Shown here piece after piece: positions 58,609 to 64,000 of a DNA stretch of 64,000 nt. Origin of the DNA: a virus (taxonomy: Duplodnaviria; Caudoviricetes); IMG/VR virus record IMGVR_UViG_3300033142_001600, positions 715 to 64,714 of that record; one strand, 5' to 3'. The position numbers and the translations under genes were made by a program. Within the stretch, counting starts at the first letter, position 1. The number at the start of each line of letters is the position of its first letter. Under the pieces are notes generated by a model that was not told the origin of the DNA, did no database searches, and saw only the letters and a list, made by a program, of their open reading frames with translations.

Positions 58609-59322
58609 ATGATTGATCTTACGACCAAGACTGAACTTGAAAAATTAGTTAAGAATATTTTTTCTAAGAAAGAAGACTCTGATAAGAAAGAGATGCTTGT
58701 TGAGGCTTTAGAAAATGCAAAGTCTAAATTGGTAGAAACTTCTAATCTTATTGCTGAAAGGGATTCTGAAATTGCAGAGATGGCTACAAAGATAGAAGAG
58801 TTGGATGCTTCTGTTGAGACTCTTACTGCTTCTGCGACTGAAACTGATGAGACTCTTAAAGCTAAAAAAGAAGAATTAACTAAAGTTTCAGAAGAGTTAG
58901 AAACAGAAAAGGCAAAAACAGCAGAACATGAGTCTGCTATGGAAAAGAAAGATGTTGAAGTTACATCTATGAAAGAAGAATTTAAAAAAGTATCTTCTGA
59001 ATTAGATACAATTAAGAAAGACGCTATTGTTGAAAAGCGTATGTCAGCTTTGGAGGAAGCAGGTTTGCTTCGTTCTGATGAAGAAGGCGTTACTGCTCAA
59101 AAAGAAAAAGTATCAGCATTTTCTGATGAGGAATATGAGATTTATAAAAAAGAACTAGAAGAAATTAAAGCTTCTATTGTTGCTTCTTTAAAGGATAAAA
59201 CTATTGATCCTAAAAATAAAGATAAAGGTAATACAACTCTTAATTTAGAAGGTGATAACGAGCCTACTATAAAAGACATTGGAGAAGCTTTAGGTGAATT
59301 ATTTTATGGAAAAAAAGAATAA
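58609..59322 (+). CDS. capsid scaffold protein (start reassigned from 58549)
   Basis: long Glu/Lys coiled coil upstream of capsid genes; the extra 20 codons of the ORF-track call mostly overlap the repeat. Confidence 0.7.
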   Translation: MIDLTTKTELEKLVKNIFSKKEDSDKKEMLVEALENAKSKLVETSNLIAERDSEIAEMATKIEELDASVETLTASATETDETLKAKKEELTKVSEELETEKAKTAEHESAMEKKDVEVTSMKEEFKKVSSELDTIKKDAIVEKRMSALEEAGLLRSDEEGVTAQKEKVSAFSDEEYEIYKKELEEIKASIVASLKDKTIDPKNKDKGNTTLNLEGDNEPTIKDIGEALGELFYGKKE

Positions 59323-59363
59323 AAGTAAATACGATTTAAGAATATAATGGAGGTAAGATAAAC

Positions 59364-59945
59364 ATGTTTATTCCTAGAGATCCTGTTAATGAAAATATGT
59401 TTTGTCAATATATAGCCACTACTTCAAGTGGTGGAACTGGAGAGTTTCTTGCTTATGCGGGTGCTGTTGTATACATTTGTGATGCTACTTGTGATAGTAC
59501 ACATGGTTCTAATACAGAAACCTATGTTAAAGTAAGTACTAGTGTGAGTGGTAATCACTTTGGTTTTTTAGAGCAGTCAATTAAGACTGGGTATCATTCT
59601 ATTCACCCTGCAGGCTATATAATGGATAAAGATTTTGGGATGTCCCATGTAGTTGCACAGCCTACGTTTGCTGCGGGGACTCGTACTGTAAATGGTACTA
59701 AAGCTACTCCTGTTGGTATAGCCCATCTTGGTATTTGGGAAACCACACATTATAATAATGGTGGAGTTGCCATTAAATCCGGTGCTGCGATGTATGTCAG
59801 TGCAAATGATGGCGGTAAGATATGTACTTCTTCAAGCGGTGCTACTCAAGTTGCTTGGTGTATGAAGGGTGTTACTGCAGCTAAAGAAGCTAAGAATGTT
59901 TTGGGTACTACATTGTATCCAATTAGAATTAAACTTTTGATATAA
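59364..59945 (+). CDS. putative head decoration/cement protein
   Basis: GGAGG RBS; small beta-rich protein directly before the major capsid gene. Confidence 0.65.
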   Translation: MFIPRDPVNENMFCQYIATTSSGGTGEFLAYAGAVVYICDATCDSTHGSNTETYVKVSTSVSGNHFGFLEQSIKTGYHSIHPAGYIMDKDFGMSHVVAQPTFAAGTRTVNGTKATPVGIAHLGIWETTHYNNGGVAIKSGAAMYVSANDGGKICTSSSGATQVAWCMKGVTAAKEAKNVLGTTLYPIRIKLLI

Positions 59946-60004
59946 AAGTAATAATGTTTAAAATATAGGCCGACGAAAAATTAGGCTATGGAGGATTATA
60001 TATT

Positions 60005-61087
60005 ATGGATAGAAGTGAATTAGTAAAGCTATTTAAAGCTGCTGCTTCTGTTGATGGGTCTGGTAGTATTGCTGCTCTTAAAGATTTTGCAGCTGCATTA
60101 ACTATTCCTATTCTTCAGAAGATAGAGCTCGATTCTATTATGCGCGGTTTGTTTGCGGTTGAAAGATTAGAGCCGGGCGCACAAGCATCATATCCTATTG
60201 CAGACGATATGTATGACATCCCAGTGTGGCTTTTACCTGGGCTGGGTTATGTTGCACAGAACTTTATTGAAGGTATGGGAGAAGAAGTGTATATTCCTAC
60301 TTTTGATATGGCTGCATCTGCAGATTGGAAAGTTAAATATGCTCTTGAAGGAAGAGTAGACGTTTTGGCAAAAGCAATTGCTAAGGTAGCAAAAACAATT
60401 GGAGAGTATGAAGATGACTGTGGTTGGAATGTGATTGTTCCTGCTGTAACTTCTGCTTGGGTAGCCCAAGGATTACTTACTGGTCGTCCTGCTCCTATAT
60501 ATGAGGTAGCTCCCGCTAGTCCTGGTGCTGGTTATCTTTCTAAAGAGCTAATCAATAAAATGATAGTTGGTATGGAACGTATTGGACGAAGACTTACTGA
60601 TTTGTATATTAGTCCAGAGGATGCTGCTGATATACGTGAGTGGACTGATACTGATATTGATCCTGTAACTAGGCGTGAGATTTTCCAAGCTGCAGGTATG
60701 ACAGGTATTTGGGGTGTAGCAATGCATCCAGTTAGACACCTCGGCGTTACTGGTAAGTATAACATTAATGGTTATGATGCAGAAGAGTATGAGTATAGTA
60801 AGTTTACTTGTGCTGATGGTGATGTTTTTCATGATTATACAATTACTAATGCAAATATTGTTAATGATGAGGGTGTTGTAACTCAATTAGGTGAAACTCA
60901 AATTTATGGATTTGATCTTTCGGTTAATGATTCATTAGTTATGCCTATCAAGAAAGAATATGAAGCAATAGATGATCCAACACTCTTAAGACGCCAGAAA
61001 ATCGGCTTTTTCGGATGGCAAGAAATCGGATTTAGTTGTTTAGACCCGAGAATGATGTGTATGGGAATTATAGATAGATCACTATAA
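60005..61087 (+). CDS. major capsid protein
   Basis: 360 aa, strong RBS, biased codon use, G.FGW.E.G C-terminal motif, followed by terminator. Confidence 0.85.
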   Translation: MDRSELVKLFKAAASVDGSGSIAALKDFAAALTIPILQKIELDSIMRGLFAVERLEPGAQASYPIADDMYDIPVWLLPGLGYVAQNFIEGMGEEVYIPTFDMAASADWKVKYALEGRVDVLAKAIAKVAKTIGEYEDDCGWNVIVPAVTSAWVAQGLLTGRPAPIYEVAPASPGAGYLSKELINKMIVGMERIGRRLTDLYISPEDAADIREWTDTDIDPVTRREIFQAAGMTGIWGVAMHPVRHLGVTGKYNINGYDAEEYEYSKFTCADGDVFHDYTITNANIVNDEGVVTQLGETQIYGFDLSVNDSLVMPIKKEYEAIDDPTLLRRQKIGFFGWQEIGFSCLDPRMMCMGIIDRSL

Positions 61088-61111
61088 GTTGTTATAATGT
61101 TTATATATTTG

Positions 61112-61141
61112 AAGCCCTAGCAGCAATGTTAGGGCTTTTTA
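61112..61141 (+). terminator. intrinsic terminator after major capsid gene
   Basis: AAGCCCTAGCA-GCAA-TGTTAGGGCTT followed by T-tract. Confidence 0.85.
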
Positions 61142-61182
61142 TTGGTATAAAGCAAAAGATAGATGTTTATGGTGTTATATTT

Positions 61183-61198
61183 TGGCACAAGTATTGCA
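61183..61198 (+). promoter_or_regulatory. sigma54-type promoter motif
   Basis: TGGCACAAGTATTGCA before endonuclease gene. Confidence 0.8.
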
Positions 61199-61229
61199 TT
61201 AAATATGTTTAAACTAGTGAGGGGTTTTT

Positions 61230-62717
61230 ATGCCGAAGTATAAACCGAAAAAATGTAAGTTATGTAATGAGTTGTTTATACCGACTTCTGGTAACCAGCT
61301 TGTTTGTCTTGATTGTATTCCAGAACGTAAGAAAATCTATATATCAAAATATGGTAAAGAAAAACATATAAAAAAACAATTAGCTAAAGGGTTGGGTAAG
61401 CCACAAAAATGCCCTTTGTGCGGCGAAATATTTATTACTTTAGATAGCAAGAGAAAGTATTGTGGTTCTGAAGAATGTGAAAAAATAAGATGTGAGATAA
61501 AAAGTAAAAAAATACAAAAAAGAAGAACAGAAATACGAAAAAAGAAAAAAGTAGACAAATTAAAACATTTTTTGTTTAAAGTGTATAATACTGAAGAATT
61601 TAAGGGTGAGATAAAAATAAAGAACACATCTGGTCAAATAACATATTCTGATGAGTATGTTAAATATTATTTTTCAAAATATGGTTATAAAGTATTAGAT
61701 AAATATAAAAATTTTGGAACAAAAATGAGTGTTATTTGTCCAAACAACCACCCACAAAAGATATCTTTTCAAAACTTTTTTAGAAAAAATCAAAGATGTA
61801 AGCAATGTGCTATTGAATCAAAAACATGTGGAACAAAGTGGGAAAATGATATTTTTATGCTACTTACAGAGAATAATATAAATTTTGATTATAGGGTACG
61901 AACAATATTAGAAAATAAATTGGAATTAGATTTCTATATTCCGAAATATAAAGTTGCTATAGAGTTGTGTGGTCTATACTGGCATTCCGAGATTGGTGGA
62001 AAAAAAGAAAGAAAATACCATAGAAATAAATATTTGGAATGTGTCAAGAAAGGTATAAGGTTAATAACAGTATTTGAAGATGAATATGTTAATTTTCCTG
62101 ATGTTGTTAAATCTAGGATTTTACATGCTCTTGGCGTATCAACACAAAAACTGTATGCTAGAAAAACAGAAGTAAAAATAGTTAATAATAAACAGGCTTC
62201 TAACTTTTTGAATAAAAGTCATTTACAAAAAAGTTCGCCGTGTAAATTTAGTATTGGAATGTTTGAAGGAGAAAAACTTATTGGTGTTATGACTTGGGGC
62301 GCTATGTCTAGGGCACATGCTAAAGTAGACGGATTACCAACACTTGAATTAAAAAGATTTGCGTTTAGTTCTTATTTACATGTTGTTGGGGGCGCGTCCA
62401 AAATGTTTAAATTTTCTATCAACTATATAAAAAACAATTTAAGAGAAATAGAATTTATTAAGTCATATTGCGATCTGAGGTATGCTAATTATAAAAATAC
62501 TATTTATTCTGTTCTAGGTTTTGATTTATATGATGAAACAACAGGTTCTCCTCATTATATAGGTAACAATTATAATTCTCGTATTAGAAACCAGTCTCTG
62601 AGAAAAACTAAAGAAGAAAGGCTTTTAGGAAAAACAGAATGGGAGTTAAGAAAGGAACAAGGTTATGATAGGATTTGGGATTGCGGTCATAGGTCATATA
62701 TTTTTTATATAAGATAG
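61230..62717 (+). CDS. putative homing endonuclease (Zn-fingers + PD-(D/E)xK + GNAT-like C-domain)
   Basis: ELDFYIP...AIELCGLYWH; ELKRFA; GYDRIWDCG. Confidence 0.8.
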   Translation: MPKYKPKKCKLCNELFIPTSGNQLVCLDCIPERKKIYISKYGKEKHIKKQLAKGLGKPQKCPLCGEIFITLDSKRKYCGSEECEKIRCEIKSKKIQKRRTEIRKKKKVDKLKHFLFKVYNTEEFKGEIKIKNTSGQITYSDEYVKYYFSKYGYKVLDKYKNFGTKMSVICPNNHPQKISFQNFFRKNQRCKQCAIESKTCGTKWENDIFMLLTENNINFDYRVRTILENKLELDFYIPKYKVAIELCGLYWHSEIGGKKERKYHRNKYLECVKKGIRLITVFEDEYVNFPDVVKSRILHALGVSTQKLYARKTEVKIVNNKQASNFLNKSHLQKSSPCKFSIGMFEGEKLIGVMTWGAMSRAHAKVDGLPTLELKRFAFSSYLHVVGGASKMFKFSINYIKNNLREIEFIKSYCDLRYANYKNTIYSVLGFDLYDETTGSPHYIGNNYNSRIRNQSLRKTKEERLLGKTEWELRKEQGYDRIWDCGHRSYIFYIR

Positions 62718-62812
62718 TGTTTGTGTGTTAAAATTCTTCTGCCCGCCAAAAAGAAATAACCCCACTAAACCAATTATAGTAAGGGATTTAATTCACAAAT
62801 AGGAGATTTATT

Positions 62813-63385
62813 ATGGAAGGTTATGTCAAGAACATAGGAAAGGCGCCGATTTATATTTTTAAAGGAGTTGTGAACGTTAATGAAATTATTACTTTTGATA
62901 CGTTGTTAAAAAGGTTTGGAGACGTGGCCGATACAAGTAGCGAAAGAGTGTTTGCCGATTGGTTATCGAAGAATAAATTCATAAATAAAAGTAGATGGCA
63001 AATAGTTACAAAAAAGGCAGCTAAAGTAAAAAAAATTCCGGCCACAGAAGTATCGTCTGATGAAACAAAAGTTAAATTAGAGAAATTGGAAAAACCAGAG
63101 AAAGTAGAACCAGAAGAAATAGAAAAAATAAAAGAAATAGAACCCGTTTCTAAAGTTACTGCTACTAATAGAGAGATTATAAAACAATCAGTTGCTGGTG
63201 TAAAGAAAGAAATGACCATCGATTATATTGTGAATATAAAAACTCTAAATATGAAAAAAGAAATTAATAGAATTGATGATTTAAAACTTTTAAAAGTAGC
63301 TTTAAAGAAAGCCGAGGGTATGACAAAAAAAGCAACATTATGTAATGCACTTAGAGATAGAATAACGGAATTAAGTGTTAGATAA
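62813..63385 (+). CDS. hypothetical protein
   Basis: AGGAG RBS. Confidence 0.7.
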   Translation: MEGYVKNIGKAPIYIFKGVVNVNEIITFDTLLKRFGDVADTSSERVFADWLSKNKFINKSRWQIVTKKAAKVKKIPATEVSSDETKVKLEKLEKPEKVEPEEIEKIKEIEPVSKVTATNREIIKQSVAGVKKEMTIDYIVNIKTLNMKKEINRIDDLKLLKVALKKAEGMTKKATLCNALRDRITELSVR

Positions 63386-63406
63386 TAATACTTGGAGATA
63401 TAAATT

Positions 63407-63652
63407 ATGTCTGATGAATATAGAAAACTTAGATATGTAAAATTTTATAAAGACAGAGTCAATGTTGGTGCTGAAGGTTATAACCCACAAATAATATTAT
63501 ATTATAATAGTTCTGATGAGCTTATAAAGGTTAGAGAAGCGTGGCGTGGGGATATTTGGGAACAAACTATTTCTGGAACTACTACAGGTAGCGGAATAAT
63601 GGGTCAAACAGTTGATTATGAAACCTATTTTGACCCGTGGGTAAAAGTGTAA
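63407..63652 (+). CDS. putative virion protein
   Basis: GGAG RBS; TISG motif. Confidence 0.6.
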   Translation: MSDEYRKLRYVKFYKDRVNVGAEGYNPQIILYYNSSDELIKVREAWRGDIWEQTISGTTTGSGIMGQTVDYETYFDPWVKV

Positions 63653-63664
63653 TTGAGTTAATTT

Positions 63665-64000
63665 ATGATAGTATTGAATAAATTTAACGCTGAGACTATA
63701 ACGCATACTTTAAGTGGAACAAGACATACTGGGCAATTATCTGATGACCAAGTTCCTGATTATATTACAAGAGATTCAGAACTAACAACCCTTTCTGGTA
63801 GTCTTCAAATTGATATAGATAGTAAATCTGATACTGGACATACCCACGCTGAATCTGATATCACCGACTTCGATAAATACACAACAGCTGAGGTGGATAC
63901 AATCTCAGGCAGTTTGAGCACCGAGATTGATTCAGATATTACAACACATTCAGCTAGCGGTGATCACGATGGGCGTTATTACACAGAAAGTGAGGTTGAC
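63665..64000 (+). CDS. 5' part of fibre-like virion protein (runs off window)
   Basis: open frame MIVLNKF...TLSGSLQIDIDSKSDTGHTH...HDGRYYTESEVD, same repeats as 29557..31911. Confidence 0.75.
   Translation, partial: MIVLNKFNAETITHTLSGTRHTGQLSDDQVPDYITRDSELTTLSGSLQIDIDSKSDTGHTHAESDITDFDKYTTAEVDTISGSLSTEIDSDITTHSASGDHDGRYYTESEVD

Noticed and set aside
3628-63219. Antisense shadow ORFs (e.g. 3628, 4520, 14397, 15002, 37923, 38938, 50505, 57026, 60548, 62851)
   Set aside because: They overlap well-supported genes on the opposite strand and show no recognisable motifs
1-64000. CRISPR array
   Set aside because: No run of three or more equal repeats with unique spacers; the repeats found are pairs or short tandems
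1-64000. Stop-codon reassignment suggested by the release factor and one in-frame TGA
   Set aside because: Long conserved genes are intact in code 11, TAG and TGA both end genes, and no suppressor tRNA is seen

Overview
This window is part of a large, AT-rich tailed dsDNA phage genome. The host is probably an anaerobic diderm bacterium (class III RNR, diderm-type DnaK, RpoN-type promoters; inference). Layout: (1) ~0.8-10 kb, a leftward early-type region of small genes, with two SSB paralogs, a NADAR/DUF488/macrodomain cluster and several structured intergenic RNA-like elements; (2) 10-26 kb, rightward small genes and host-like genes (dnaK, MT-A70 methylase, PMM, cytidylyltransferase-cupin, RNase HII, PgpH-like HD domain, HAD, RNA ligase); (3) 25.9-31.9 kb, an inverted tail-fibre plus diversity-generating retroelement (DGR) island; (4) 32-49 kb, GGQ release factor, two tRNAs, pyrE, nrdDG, a degenerate free-standing intein, virion proteins, thyX, clpP; (5) 50-64 kb, terminase-portal-protease-scaffold-capsid module interrupted by endonuclease genes. 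Most notable: 14 gene-leading sigma54-type (-24/-12) promoter motifs across the window; a DGR whose target gene ends in a VR/TR chimera running straight into the RT spacer, with no separate TR or avd but a small gene downstream of RT; multi-stem RNAs with anti-translation-start segments; a sensor-less PgpH-type phosphodiesterase; TnpB/omegaRNA relics in front of head genes; and Ser-Gly motif enrichment in virion proteins. All calls are by eye, without database searches.
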